This document shows, one piece after another, positions 29,073 through 39,264 of a stretch of 64,000 nt of DNA. How positions within the stretch are numbered: position 1 is the stretch's first letter; each line of letters starts with the position of its first letter. The position numbers and the translations under genes were made by a program. The DNA is taken from the NCBI GenBank assembly GCA_016720635.1, contig JADKKF010000014.1, positions 20,988-84,987 on the forward strand. Direction: 5' to 3'. Below the pieces are notes generated by a model. It was not told the DNA's origin, ran no database searches, and saw nothing but the letters and a program-made list of their open reading frames with translations. Source of the DNA: Saprospiraceae bacterium (GTDB lineage Bacteria; Bacteroidota; Bacteroidia; Chitinophagales; Saprospiraceae).

Positions 29073-30548
29073 ATGACACTTACAACCTTATTGATAAGCT
29101 TTGGGATAATCGGTATTTTGTTGACATTGGTGACGAAATACCTTTTGGGGGTGAAAATTAATTGGATCGTTACCTTTATGCAATTTTTTTGCGGGGTTTG
29201 GTATTTTTTCTCGGGGATGGTGAAAGCCATAGATCCCATGGGTACTGCCTTCAAGATGAAGGAGTATTTCGGAGAGTTTTCGAGGCATTTTGAAGGAAGT
29301 TTTCTTTCTTTTTTGTCGCCGTTATGGCCCTTTTTGAGCGAACATGTCATATGGGTTTCGATATTTGTCATTCTTCTAGAAATACTCTTGGGCGTGGCTT
29401 TAATCATCGGATATAGACGCTTGGGTACGGCTTGGGTTTTCTTGTTATTGTTGTTGTTTTTTATAAAATTGACTGGATTCACATACCTGACAGGATATGT
29501 TCCTAGTGATGCGCATTTCTTTGATTTTAGCAAGTGGACTGCCTACAAAGAAAGCAATATGAAGGTGACGGATTGTGGGTGTTTTGGCGATTTTTTAAAG
29601 TTGGAACCAAAAGTTTCATTTTTCAAGGATATATTCTTGTTGTTGCCAGCGTTGGTTTTTGTATTTTTCTGGAAAAGCAAACACGAACTTTTTACTACCA
29701 ACTGGCGAAGGAATATCATGTGGATATCGGGTATTTTGGCATTAGGGCTATGCTATTATAATACTTTTATGAATGAGCCAATAGTTGATTTTAGACCATT
29801 CAGCGAGGGAACAAATATCCGAGAAGTCAAGAAAGCGGAAGAAGAAGCTGCAGCTGAGGTGAAGGTAACGGGATACAAACTGGTATCCAAGTCGGATGGC
29901 AAGGTGGTAGAAATGCCTATGGAGCAATTCATGAATGAATTCAAAAATTATCCGGCGGAACAGTGGGAGTATGAGCAGATAAAGACCGAACCGAGGATAA
30001 AGCATACAAAAATATCAGACTTCAGAGTTGAAACGGACGATGGACGAGAGATCAGTGGTGAAATACTGGGAGAAAAAGGTTATAGTTTGATGTTTGTTTC
30101 CTATATGTTGGATGGCTTGGAACAAACAAGAGAAGTATCAGTCAGCGATACTACGGAACTGGTAGATTCTGTATTGTTGGCCAAAAAGGATCCAAATGCG
30201 ATACAGATGAGAATAACTACTGCGACCAAAAACGAAGTATATTATACTTGGAATCCAGATTTCGTCAAGATAGTGCAGGACAAAGTAAATCCGCTCATGG
30301 ATGGAATGGCTGCCGAAGGCGTAAAAACTCTTGGAATAGCTGGTGGAGCCTTTACATTGAAAATCGACGCTTTCAAGAAGGACAACAATGTCAAGTTCCC
30401 GATATATATGCAAGACGATTTGGTGGTGAAAACGATCATGAGGTCAAATCCAGGGTTGATATTGTGGAAAGATGGCGTAATCGTAGCCAAGTGGCATTAT
30501 AAGGACTTTCCGAGTTTGGAAGATCTTAAGAAAATGGTAAAATCATAA
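29073..30548 (+). CDS. MauE/DoxX-family membrane protein with soluble C-terminal domain
   Basis: The N-terminal half has several TM helices and the VTDCGCFGDFLKL motif typical of MauE-like proteins. I could not assign the C-terminal roughly 250 aa. Confidence 0.6.
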   Translation: MTLTTLLISFGIIGILLTLVTKYLLGVKINWIVTFMQFFCGVWYFFSGMVKAIDPMGTAFKMKEYFGEFSRHFEGSFLSFLSPLWPFLSEHVIWVSIFVILLEILLGVALIIGYRRLGTAWVFLLLLLFFIKLTGFTYLTGYVPSDAHFFDFSKWTAYKESNMKVTDCGCFGDFLKLEPKVSFFKDIFLLLPALVFVFFWKSKHELFTTNWRRNIMWISGILALGLCYYNTFMNEPIVDFRPFSEGTNIREVKKAEEEAAAEVKVTGYKLVSKSDGKVVEMPMEQFMNEFKNYPAEQWEYEQIKTEPRIKHTKISDFRVETDDGREISGEILGEKGYSLMFVSYMLDGLEQTREVSVSDTTELVDSVLLAKKDPNAIQMRITTATKNEVYYTWNPDFVKIVQDKVNPLMDGMAAEGVKTLGIAGGAFTLKIDAFKKDNNVKFPIYMQDDLVVKTIMRSNPGLILWKDGVIVAKWHYKDFPSLEDLKKMVKS

Positions 30549-30579
30549 TAGGGGACACCCCGCAATATAATAGACCCAA

Positions 30580-32319
30580 GTGAAAGAATTAGCTTATCTT
30601 AATCCATACCTTTGGAAGCATAAATGGAAGTTAATTCTGGGCATATTGTTTGTGATTATTTCCAATTATTTCCAAATACTTCAGCCTCAAGAGGTGAGGA
30701 AGTCATTGGATACCATCATTGCTTTTCTTCAGGATAAAAATAGAAACGAAACGGAATTTTACGAGAATCTTTTTTACTTCGGGATGGTGATCCTTGGATA
30801 CGCTCTCTTGATGGGATTGTTCATGTTTTTCATGAGACAAACTATTATCGTGATGTCCAGAGAGATCGAATATGACCTTAGAGAAGATATCTTCAAACAT
30901 TATACAACTTTAGATCCTCATTTTTTTAAGGAAAATAAAACAGGGGATATGATGGCTCGTATCGTGGAGGACGTATCCAAAGTGCGCATGTATTTGGGAC
31001 CTGCGATCATGTATGCGGTGAATATCTTGACTCTGACATTCATGACGGTGTATTCTATGTTTTCTGTGAATGCAAAACTGGCATTTTGGAGCTTGTTGCC
31101 ATTGCCCTTATTGTCAATAACAATTTATTTTATCTCGGATATCATCAATAAGCAAAGTACGAAAATACAAAAACAACTTTCGAATCTTAACAATATCACG
31201 CAAGAGGTTTTTTCAGGAATTAGGGTGGTGAAAGCATACACCCGTGAGCGTGAAATATCTAAGTATTTTGATAAGGCCACGGAGCATTATCGTTTTTTGA
31301 ATTTAGAATTGGCTAGGACTGATTCATTCTTTTCGCCCTTGATGTTTTTTATCATAGGCGCTAGTACTTTGCTTACGATATATCTAGGAGGGCTCGAAGT
31401 GATGGCGGGTAGATTTACGACGGGAAATATCGCAGAGTTTATTATCTATATAGGAAAACTTACTTGGCCAGTGACGTCCGCTGGTTGGATTGCCTCATTG
31501 ATTCAGCAAGCTGCCGCCTCTCAAAAGCGAATCAATGAGTTCATGAATGTGAAAAGTACCATTAAATTTGGCAAGGTTCAGGAGATCAAAAATAGGGATA
31601 TTGTACTCGACCATGTTAGTTTTACTTATCCTGGAAAAACAAGCCCTACATTGATAGACCTCAATTTGAAAATCCCCTCAGGAACAAAATTGGCTATATT
31701 CGGTCGTACAGGAAGTGGTAAGACCACGCTGGTAGATTTGCTGGTGAGACAGTACGATCCTAGCGAAGGCAAGATCATGATAGGTGGAATCGAACTCTCG
31801 GAGATGAGCAATGAAGCATTGAGAAAGACTATAGCCATAGCCCCACAAGATGGATTCTTATTTTCAGAAAAAGTAAAAAATAATATCATCTATCCAAATA
31901 CCAATCGTTCGCAAGATAATATAGAACAATTCGCTAGACAGGCGTCGATTCACGAGGAAATATTGCAATTGCCGAATGGATACGATACGATGATTGGTGA
32001 GCGCGGCGTTACGCTTTCGGGTGGGCAAAAGCAAAGAATAGGTATAGCAAGAGCTCTGAGCGTAGCCCCTAAAGTATTGATTTTGGACGACAGTCTGTCG
32101 GCGGTGGATGCCAAGACAGAATTTGCGATCAGCCAAACGCTCAACGATGAGCTGAATGATCAGACCTTAATTTGTTGTACGCATAGAATCTATCAGAATA
32201 TAAAATTCGACAATATCATCGTACTAGAAAGTGGAAGGATCGTACAAGAAGGGACGCATGAACAACTGATAAACGAGCCTGGTTTTTACCAAACTCTGTG
32301 GCAAAGCACTCAGAATTAA
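30580..32319 (+). CDS. ABC exporter, fused permease and ATPase (MsbA-like type I exporter)
   Basis: Six-TM N-terminal domain. Walker A GRTGSGKTT, signature LSGGQKQR and Walker B VLILDD. GTG start. Confidence 0.85.
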   Translation: MKELAYLNPYLWKHKWKLILGILFVIISNYFQILQPQEVRKSLDTIIAFLQDKNRNETEFYENLFYFGMVILGYALLMGLFMFFMRQTIIVMSREIEYDLREDIFKHYTTLDPHFFKENKTGDMMARIVEDVSKVRMYLGPAIMYAVNILTLTFMTVYSMFSVNAKLAFWSLLPLPLLSITIYFISDIINKQSTKIQKQLSNLNNITQEVFSGIRVVKAYTREREISKYFDKATEHYRFLNLELARTDSFFSPLMFFIIGASTLLTIYLGGLEVMAGRFTTGNIAEFIIYIGKLTWPVTSAGWIASLIQQAAASQKRINEFMNVKSTIKFGKVQEIKNRDIVLDHVSFTYPGKTSPTLIDLNLKIPSGTKLAIFGRTGSGKTTLVDLLVRQYDPSEGKIMIGGIELSEMSNEALRKTIAIAPQDGFLFSEKVKNNIIYPNTNRSQDNIEQFARQASIHEEILQLPNGYDTMIGERGVTLSGGQKQRIGIARALSVAPKVLILDDSLSAVDAKTEFAISQTLNDELNDQTLICCTHRIYQNIKFDNIIVLESGRIVQEGTHEQLINEPGFYQTLWQSTQN

Positions 32320-33737
32320 GCATCTATTGTGCTATTGTTCAGCGGTATAAATATGAATTTTTGCCGATGTTTGTTTAGATATTTTCGAGTAATTTGATCC
32401 AGTTCGTGGTGCGGCTTACATTTATTTATTGATTCGATGATGGATTCTGCGTTTTGAAAAGTATTACCTTTATCCAAGTAACCCCAACCCATGCATATTC
32501 CTTTAGAAACCCAAATTGCCGCTTTTTCAGAACTGTCGCGGCCTTTGTCTAAATAGATACCATCCTCAGGTAAATTTGGTTGGAGTATTTGATCTAAAAC
32601 CAGCTCCAGGGCCTCATTGTAGTCTTTAGGATCCAAATTCTGGATTTCGAAATAGTGGCATTGACCGATCTGACCATTGAGACATCCTTCATTTGAAGCT
32701 CCATCTTTGTTGATGCAGGCGCAAAGATCTGCACGATATAATATGGATTGGATAAATCCATGGGCTTCTTCACTACGTGTAAATTGTTTTATAAATCGCA
32801 GTGTTCCCACAGCTTCAATTTTCGTAACCTTCAGAGAGCCAATGCCATTTTTATGGTGGTCTAAAACCACGGCAAAGCGATAGGATTTGTTTCTCTGGGC
32901 GACATTGACGCTAGGACTCAATCTTTTGATTTCGACCGATTCAAGCAACAATGATACCAACTCACTTCCGCAAACCTCATAGCTGAAAGACGCTGTATGG
33001 AAGTGCAGTTTGCGTGCTTTTTCAGTTTGATCCCTAAAATGTTCAATGATTCTCTTTTTGATATTCAATGCTTTGCCAACATAGATTACATCGTTGTTCT
33101 CATTATAAATATAGTAAATCCCGCACGACTCAGGTAGCCTATGTATATCTTCGAGTGTAACATTTGGCGGCAGTTTGGCTTCTTTTATGCCTAGTGAAAC
33201 TTCCTGTTTTATATCTTTGATTAATTTTCCTTGGTACATTTTCTCGAAAATAATGGCAGTAGCCAAAGCATCATCCAAAGCTCTGTGTCGAGCTGAAACT
33301 TCAATACCAAAATGTTCGATCAGATTGCCAAGCGAGTAGGACCTAAGACCTGGAAATGCCTTTCTCGATAGATTAACAGTGCACATTTGTTTTTTTGAAA
33401 AAGTATATCCTAAATCTTCGAATTCTGCTTTTACAAATCCAAAATCGAAACGCACATTATGCGCCACGAATATAGCACCATCCATAATATCTATAATTTC
33501 ATGGGCAATTTCATAAAATTTGGGGGCGTCTTTGACCATGTCGTTGGTGATGCCAGTAATCCTAGTTATGTGAAAGGGAATGTTTCTTTCAGGATTGATC
33601 AGACTATGGAATTGTTTGATAATTTTGTCTCCGTCGTGCAAGATAACGGCTATTTCGGTTATTTTTTCGTGCTTGGCGAGTCCACCCGTAGTTTCTATAT
33701 CGACGATAGCAAACAGATGTCCAGCGCTATTTTTCAT
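32316..33737 (-). CDS. DnaQ-like 3'-5' exonuclease fused to a GIY-YIG (UvrC N-terminal-like) domain
   Basis: Exo motifs DIETTG, AHNVRFD and HRALDDA. GIY-YIG block GIYYIYNENNDVIYVGKALNIKKR. Confidence 0.8.
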   Translation of the reverse strand: MKNSAGHLFAIVDIETTGGLAKHEKITEIAVILHDGDKIIKQFHSLINPERNIPFHITRITGITNDMVKDAPKFYEIAHEIIDIMDGAIFVAHNVRFDFGFVKAEFEDLGYTFSKKQMCTVNLSRKAFPGLRSYSLGNLIEHFGIEVSARHRALDDALATAIIFEKMYQGKLIKDIKQEVSLGIKEAKLPPNVTLEDIHRLPESCGIYYIYNENNDVIYVGKALNIKKRIIEHFRDQTEKARKLHFHTASFSYEVCGSELVSLLLESVEIKRLSPSVNVAQRNKSYRFAVVLDHHKNGIGSLKVTKIEAVGTLRFIKQFTRSEEAHGFIQSILYRADLCACINKDGASNEGCLNGQIGQCHYFEIQNLDPKDYNEALELVLDQILQPNLPEDGIYLDKGRDSSEKAAIWVSKGICMGWGYLDKGNTFQNAESIIESINKCKPHHELDQITRKYLNKHRQKFIFIPLNNSTIDA

Positions 33738-34180
33738 TTTGATTCGTATCTAAAAAACGAAAAAGTCCTCTCTTCGTTCGCACCCAGTTCGATCTTAATC
33801 AATATAGCTTGATGGATAAAAGACATTGCCAAATTGGCCCATTCTATAAAGCAAGTTTTATCGTTACTCAGATATTCTTGAAGTCCGATTTCTTGCAATT
33901 CTTCGGGATCATCTATGCGGTATAAGTCCATATGATAAAAGACTTGACCATCATGGGTTATGTATTCATTGATTAAGGAAAATGTAGGGCTGGTTATTTC
34001 ATTGGTAACTCCGAGATAAGCTCCTAAATGTTTCATAAAAGTAGTTTTGCCGCTACCCATTTCTGCATCAAGTACAAATAATTTGTTTTTTTGCATCAAA
34101 TTACAAACGACTTCGACGACTTGTGATAAGGAAGCCTCATCTGAGATTTGTATGTTTGGAGCTATTTTCTCTAGAGACAT
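33734..34180 (-). CDS. tsaE: tRNA threonylcarbamoyladenosine (t6A) biosynthesis protein TsaE
   Basis: 148 aa. It has GSGKTTFMKHL, SPTFSLINEY and HMDLYRI. Confidence 0.88.
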   Translation of the reverse strand: MSLEKIAPNIQISDEASLSQVVEVVCNLMQKNKLFVLDAEMGSGKTTFMKHLGAYLGVTNEITSPTFSLINEYITHDGQVFYHMDLYRIDDPEELQEIGLQEYLSNDKTCFIEWANLAMSFIHQAILIKIELGANEERTFSFFRYESK

Positions 34181-34372
34181 TTACTTTAATATTTGAAGTA
34201 AATGGATTATGCTGATTGGATTATTTTCCATCCGATTTTTTTTGAAATCAACCTTTTGAAGGTTCCATACTGAAATGCCAATACCACATTTACATTTTTA
34301 AAGATTGTAATTTAAAAAAAAATGACTAGAAATTGGCTTTTTGGATTTATTGTAATTCCTATCTCAAAAATT

Positions 34373-34984
34373 TTATTTGGATTTTTTATGTTCTTCGTTG
34401 ATGGTGATGATGGCTTCCTGAGTGATATCTAGACCTTTATTACCGTATAAAACACCCCCACCAGCACTGCTTTTGATCAAAACATAGTCATAACCTCGTT
34501 CGGCAGAGATGCGCTCCAGATAATCGTCCACTTTGGTTTTTAAGTCTTTTTGAAGATCACCTAATTTCTTTTCAAGCGCAAGACCAGCTTCGTCCTTTTG
34601 TTTGGCCAGACTGGCTTCTTCGGCTGCAAGTTTTTGCTGCTCTTGAGCAAAAGCCGATTCTAATTTTTTCAATTCTACAGGGGCTATATCTTGTGCCTTT
34701 TGTTGTGTCTCCATGACTTTTCTTTGGAAGGCTTCTATCTTTTTTTGGAATGCTTGGATTTTTCCCCCAATATTTTGTTCTGCTTTCTTTCCTTCTGCTT
34801 CCAATTGAGCTTTTCTCTCCTTGTACAAATCATAATTTTCTATCAAGGTATCTACATTGACATAAACTATTTTAGGGCTTTGATTCCCAGTAGTTGAAAC
34901 CTGAACAGGAGCTGGTTTTGGGGCTGTCTGTTGACATTGACTGATCACCAAAAGTACATAAAGAATGAAGAACGTATGTCTCAT
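34373..34984 (-). CDS. OmpH/Skp-family periplasmic chaperone
   Basis: A signal or lipoprotein-like N-terminus is followed by a long Lys/Glu/Gln-rich coiled coil. The C-terminus is YDYVLIKSS ... VLYG. Confidence 0.8.
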   Translation of the reverse strand: MRHTFFILYVLLVISQCQQTAPKPAPVQVSTTGNQSPKIVYVNVDTLIENYDLYKERKAQLEAEGKKAEQNIGGKIQAFQKKIEAFQRKVMETQQKAQDIAPVELKKLESAFAQEQQKLAAEEASLAKQKDEAGLALEKKLGDLQKDLKTKVDDYLERISAERGYDYVLIKSSAGGGVLYGNKGLDITQEAIITINEEHKKSK

Positions 34985-35160
34985 TGAGTCTAGAATAAAT
35001 GAAATAATTGGACAAATATAAGAATAATACCTAAATATTCAAAAACTGATGCGTTTGTAGGTCAATAATAAAAATATCAAAGAAAATCTTCCGATGTTGA
35101 TTAATCAAAAATGGACGCTTCACCCATTTTTTAAATATATATCGGTGCTGTGTTCCCAAT

Positions 35161-35187
35161 GAAAAAAGGCCGTCCAATGGACAGCCT
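35161..35187 (-). terminator. rho-independent terminator downstream of rpmA
   Basis: On the minus strand the sequence is AGGCTGTCC-att-GGACGGCCT (9-bp stem, one mismatch) followed by TTTTTT. Confidence 0.6.
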
Positions 35188-35218
35188 AGAAATTATATTA
35201 AACCGATATAATTATTTC

Positions 35219-35467
35219 TTATAAAACGCTCACGAAAGTACGATCCTTCATACCTTTCTTGAATGTAACTACGCCATCAGTCAAAGCATAAATGGTATGG
35301 TCTTTGCCAATACCAACATTTAAGCCTGGATGGAATCTAGTTCCTCTCTGTCTGATGATAATATTACCAGCTATAGCGGTTTGACCACCGAAAAGCTTAA
35401 CGCCAAGGCGTTTACTCATACTATCTCTTCCGTTATCCGAACTACCTACACCTTTCTTATGTGCCAT
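35219..35467 (-). CDS. rpmA: 50S ribosomal protein L27
   Basis: [16 protein letters not shown] ... [15 protein letters not shown] is the canonical L27 sequence. Confidence 0.97.
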   Translation of the reverse strand: MAHKKGVGSSDNGRDSMSKRLGVKLFGGQTAIAGNIIIRQRGTRFHPGLNVGIGKDHTIYALTDGVVTFKKGMKDRTFVSVL

Positions 35468-35496
35468 TGTCTTTTGATTTTAATGATTAGTAATAA

Positions 35497-36198
35497 TTAT
35501 TTGCCACCATCTAATTCTTCCTGCCAAGCTTTCAATTCGTCCCATTTGCCTTCGGCTGCAAGCTCAGCTTGCTTAGGCCAGGTACCAGGATTCATCGCTG
35601 AATATGGACTTCCGTGTGGAGTAAGAATCGCTCTAATAGCTTCTTCTGACTGTGCTGCAAGTTCACTAAAAGTAAAAATACCAGCATCATTCAAATGGCC
35701 TTTAACTTTAGGACCGATACCTTCGACTATTGTCAAATCATCACCTTTCGCTTTAGATGCTTTAGGTGCTTCGACAACTGAGGGAGCTTCAACTTTAGGA
35801 GCTTCAACTTTTACAGCTGCTGGCTTAGGAGCTACGAATGGTTTGGCAGCTACAGCTTTTTTACCCAATTCGATGGTAACAGGGCTACCTGCTACTATTG
35901 ATTTGATTTCAACTTGGGTGAATTGCTGTCTGTGACCATTTTTTACTCTATAACCTTTTCTTCTTTTTTTCTTGAAAACAATTTCTTTGTTTCCTTTGGC
36001 GTGGCTCAATACCGAAGTACTGACACTGGCTCCAGGTATCGTAGGGTTACCTACATTTACCGAGCCATTGTGATCAGTCAATAAGACTTGATCGAAGGAG
36101 ACCTTATCTCCAACCTGTGCATCCAGCCGGTGGACGAAGATCTTTTGACCCTCCTCAACTTTAAATTGCTGACCGGCAATAGTTACAATTGCAAACAT
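35497..36198 (-). CDS. rplU: 50S ribosomal protein L21 with a roughly 130-aa C-terminal extension (Ala/Pro/Lys-rich linker plus helix-hairpin-helix-like module)
   Basis: Residues 1 to about 103 are canonical L21 (MFAIVTIAGQQFKVEEGQ ... RRKGYRVKNGHRQQFTQVEI). The extension contains DDLTIVEGIGPKVKGHLNDAGIFTFSELA. Confidence 0.9.
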   Translation of the reverse strand: MFAIVTIAGQQFKVEEGQKIFVHRLDAQVGDKVSFDQVLLTDHNGSVNVGNPTIPGASVSTSVLSHAKGNKEIVFKKKRRKGYRVKNGHRQQFTQVEIKSIVAGSPVTIELGKKAVAAKPFVAPKPAAVKVEAPKVEAPSVVEAPKASKAKGDDLTIVEGIGPKVKGHLNDAGIFTFSELAAQSEEAIRAILTPHGSPYSAMNPGTWPKQAELAAEGKWDELKAWQEELDGGK

Positions 36199-36227
36199 TC
36201 TTTTATAAATTTTTTTAATTAAGGCTG

Positions 36228-36235
36228 CAAAGATA
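36228..36235 (-). promoter_or_regulatory. candidate -7 box (TATCTTTG on the minus strand) for rplU-rpmA
   Basis: It matches TAnnTTTG, is followed by CAG, and lies about 30 nt upstream of ATG 36198. Confidence 0.4.
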
Positions 36236-36309
36236 CAAATTTCTTTGTTTTTAGCATTATTCTTTGCGAAGTTTTTTTTTAATAAAAAGTATTAAATAAA
36301 CTCAAATTG

Positions 36310-36339
36310 TTGATATTATTGGTAAAACATATATATTTG
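36310..36339 (+). promoter_or_regulatory. candidate promoter (TTG -33, TATATTTG -7) for the CNNM/CorC gene
   Basis: TATATTTG is at 36332..36339 and a TTG at 36310..36312 lies 19 nt upstream. The -7 box is 27 nt before ATG 36367. Confidence 0.4.
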
Positions 36340-36366
36340 CAGGATGTTACCATTTTTATCTATTAA

Positions 36367-37659
36367 ATGATAAGTGAGCTGATTCTCATTTTTGTTCTCA
36401 TTTTACTTAATGGACTTTTTTCTATGGCGGAAATTGCCATAGTCTCAGCCAAAAAAGCTCGTCTTGAAAAGCAAATGCAAAAAGGCGATAAATTGGCAAA
36501 GTATGCGCTTATTATGGCCAATATGCCTGATAAATTGCTATCAACTGTCCAGATAGGTATAACTTCCATTGGTATCTTAAATGGTATTTTCTCTGGAGCC
36601 CAAATTACCCAAAACTTAACTGGTTTTTTTCTCCAATATCCTATAATTGCACCGTATGCCAATACTTTGGCAGTTTCTATAGTAGTAGCTTGTATTACCT
36701 ATTTTACTTTGGTTTTAGGTGAGTTGGTTCCGAAAAGGATTGGTTTGACGCATCCAGAGACCATCGCAAAGTATTTGGCTAGGCCTATGGCGGTAGTCTC
36801 TAAGATAGCGACTCCATTTGTTTGGTTGCTGATGCATTCGACCCATTGGGTTATCAAATTGTTGAGGATCAACACCACCAGCGACAATCAAGTCACCGAG
36901 GAAGAGATCAAAGCCCTTATTGAAGAAGGAACAAGCGTGGGTACTATCGATGAAATCGAGCAGGATATCGTGGAGAATGTCTTTCACCTAGGTGATAGAA
37001 AAGTGGCCTCATTGATGACCCACAAAAAGGATATAGTCTATCTGAGTATGGATGAAACCGAAAATGAAATCTGGGAAAAAATATCAAAGGAGCCTCATTC
37101 CGTTTATGTTGTGTTGGAAGATGATGATTTTGACAAAGTTTTGGGGATCGTATATTCCAAAGAGCTTTTCATTTCTCATTTTAAAACTAAGAAACTGGAT
37201 ATCAAAGCCAATATCAAAACGGTTCATTTTTTTCCTGAAAATGTAAAATCTTACCAAGTCCTCGAAAAATTTAAAGAATCCAAAATTTACTACGGTCTTG
37301 TAGTAGATGAGTATGGCAATATCCAAGGGATGGTCACCCTCAATGATATCATCGATGTCTTGGTGGGTAATGTATCAGAATATGATACGCCAATGATTAC
37401 TGAACGAGAAAACGGCACATACCTCTTGGATGGTCAGCTGCCTTATCAAGAATTTTTACAATACTTCGAAATAGAGGAACCTAATAGCGACGACGCTGAA
37501 TTTCATACCATCAGTGGATTTGCCCTTTCCATATTGGGCAATATTCCGAAAACAGGAGAAACTTTTGCTTGGAAACATTTTAAATTTGAGATCATTGACA
37601 TGGATTCAAATCGGATTGACAAAATAATGTTGACCATGGAACAAAAAGAAGTCCAATAA
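36367..37659 (+). CDS. CNNM (DUF21) - CBS pair - CorC/HlyC transporter-associated family protein
   Basis: An N-terminal 4-TM DUF21 domain, a central CBS pair, and the C-terminal CorC_HlyC block (YLLDGQLPYQEF ... FKFEIIDMDSNRIDKI). Confidence 0.85.
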   Translation: MISELILIFVLILLNGLFSMAEIAIVSAKKARLEKQMQKGDKLAKYALIMANMPDKLLSTVQIGITSIGILNGIFSGAQITQNLTGFFLQYPIIAPYANTLAVSIVVACITYFTLVLGELVPKRIGLTHPETIAKYLARPMAVVSKIATPFVWLLMHSTHWVIKLLRINTTSDNQVTEEEIKALIEEGTSVGTIDEIEQDIVENVFHLGDRKVASLMTHKKDIVYLSMDETENEIWEKISKEPHSVYVVLEDDDFDKVLGIVYSKELFISHFKTKKLDIKANIKTVHFFPENVKSYQVLEKFKESKIYYGLVVDEYGNIQGMVTLNDIIDVLVGNVSEYDTPMITERENGTYLLDGQLPYQEFLQYFEIEEPNSDDAEFHTISGFALSILGNIPKTGETFAWKHFKFEIIDMDSNRIDKIMLTMEQKEVQ

Positions 37660-37698
37660 AAGTATTAAATTTACCTTAAGTTATTTCACTCAAAAATC

Positions 37699-39138
37699 AT
37701 GCTCTTGAAAAAGTGTATTTATATTACATTTGTATTGCTCATTATTCAGAGCCATATAAGCTATGCAGTAAATGTTGTATTCAGAACCAGCTTTAATCTT
37801 CAAAATGACAGACCTGTTTGTGAGATTGATTTGTTGATAGGACGTAAACTCAAGGTATTAGACCCCGTTCTAGATAAAATTCCCTTAAAATATAAAGTAC
37901 AAGCTTTGCTCAAAAAAAACGATACCATCGTTGGGTTTAATCAGTTTTTTCTAGAGCCTCCCAAAAATGATTGGTACACTGACATAATTCATAAATTTAG
38001 CCTTCAGGGTGATTTCGGTTTGATGCAAATGGAACTTTTGATCACAGAATATTCTGACCAAGTGACCACGGATACAATTAAGAGGTCGCTTTTCTATAGA
38101 CAAGTCAAAGGTCCCCAACTGTCAGACATTCAACTGACAGGAGTTTTGATCGAAGACGCCAAAAAGCAAGTTAAACTGGCTCCGAATCCACTTTTACTGA
38201 TGACCACTAAAGTCCAGGATTTATACGTCTATATCGAATCCTATCATACCGATGAATTGCAAGACGATTTTTATTTCTTGAAATATAATCTCGAGTTGGC
38301 TAATACTGGTGAGCGGAAATTGGTTCAGTGGGTTCGAAAAACTAAAGAGAATGAAGACGCAATTCTTCAGAAATTTTCCATTGCAGGACTCGATCAAGGT
38401 GCATATAAAATGACCATTCAGCTTTTGAATTCAAGCAAGGAACTGATCCAAGAAAAAAGCATTCTTTTCCAGCGAGAATCGAATATGACAAAGCAGAATA
38501 AGATTAAAAAATTTCGCGAATATGTTGAATTGAACGGCGATATAGACCCGCTTTGGGAGCAAAAGTTGGATTCCGTGCATTGCAGAGAAGTATTAAAGGC
38601 AATTGCTGTCGTTTCGGCCCAAGAGCACAACCAGCAGATCAATCAGTTACTCCAACGAAAAAAGGTAAAAGACCAAAAGCAATTCGTCATAGCATATTTT
38701 ACAAAAATAAATAAAGAGAAGCCTGCGATTCCCTATCAACAATTGATGCAAAAGGCACATTGGGCGGACAGTGTTTTCAAAGGTGGATTCGGTCACGGAT
38801 TCGAAAGCGATCGCGGTAGGATTTTCATGAAATATGGAATTCCAAATGATCTTATATCTGTGGATGATGACCCATCAGCACCTCCCTACGAGATATGGAA
38901 ATTTGAACAATTGCATACAGGAGAAAACAATGCAAAGTTCTTATTCTACAGCCCAAATTTGACCAGTTCGGATTTTGTTTTGTTGCATTCCAACGTGAGA
39001 TATGAACTCCAGAATCCCAGATGGGAGAGAGAGTTGTACAAAAATGCCCCCGATGAATACGAAGGGGATAACTATATCGATGCTACTCGTATGAAAAGAA
39101 ACTGGAACAGGCAAGCAAGAGCCCTCTTCGAGCAATAA
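37699..39138 (+). CDS. GWxTD-domain protein
   Basis: Signal peptide. The C-terminal block FESDRGRIFMKYGIPNDLISVDDDPSAPPYEIWKF matches the GWxTD-domain core with a degenerate GW. Confidence 0.65.
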   Translation: MLLKKCIYITFVLLIIQSHISYAVNVVFRTSFNLQNDRPVCEIDLLIGRKLKVLDPVLDKIPLKYKVQALLKKNDTIVGFNQFFLEPPKNDWYTDIIHKFSLQGDFGLMQMELLITEYSDQVTTDTIKRSLFYRQVKGPQLSDIQLTGVLIEDAKKQVKLAPNPLLLMTTKVQDLYVYIESYHTDELQDDFYFLKYNLELANTGERKLVQWVRKTKENEDAILQKFSIAGLDQGAYKMTIQLLNSSKELIQEKSILFQRESNMTKQNKIKKFREYVELNGDIDPLWEQKLDSVHCREVLKAIAVVSAQEHNQQINQLLQRKKVKDQKQFVIAYFTKINKEKPAIPYQQLMQKAHWADSVFKGGFGHGFESDRGRIFMKYGIPNDLISVDDDPSAPPYEIWKFEQLHTGENNAKFLFYSPNLTSSDFVLLHSNVRYELQNPRWERELYKNAPDEYEGDNYIDATRMKRNWNRQARALFEQ

Positions 39139-39264
39139 ATGCTGCTTTTTTATTCATTTATCATCAAAAAGTATTTTTATTTGGAAAAGAAAAAGCGACC
39201 TTTGGCGCGTAAAACAGAATGATTCAGCGTTTCCAATTGGAAAAGTGGGCTAGTAAACTGGAAG

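Noticed and set aside
32316-32319. The convergent ABC exporter and exonuclease genes share a 4-nt TTAA, so their stop codons overlap.
   Set aside because: It is real but trivial. The palindromic TTAA encodes TAA on both strands, and such overlaps are common in compact genomes.
34240-34265. The hairpin AACCTT-ttg-AAGGTT lies downstream of the ompH/skp gene and could be a terminator.
   Set aside because: No U-tract follows it on the transcribed (minus) strand, and the stem is only 6 bp. That is not enough to call a terminator.
35330-35935. A 201-aa ORF lies antisense to rpmA and rplU.
   Set aside because: It lies opposite two unmistakable ribosomal protein genes. The Ala/Ser/Thr-rich product is the antisense reading of the Ala/Pro/Lys-rich L21 linker.
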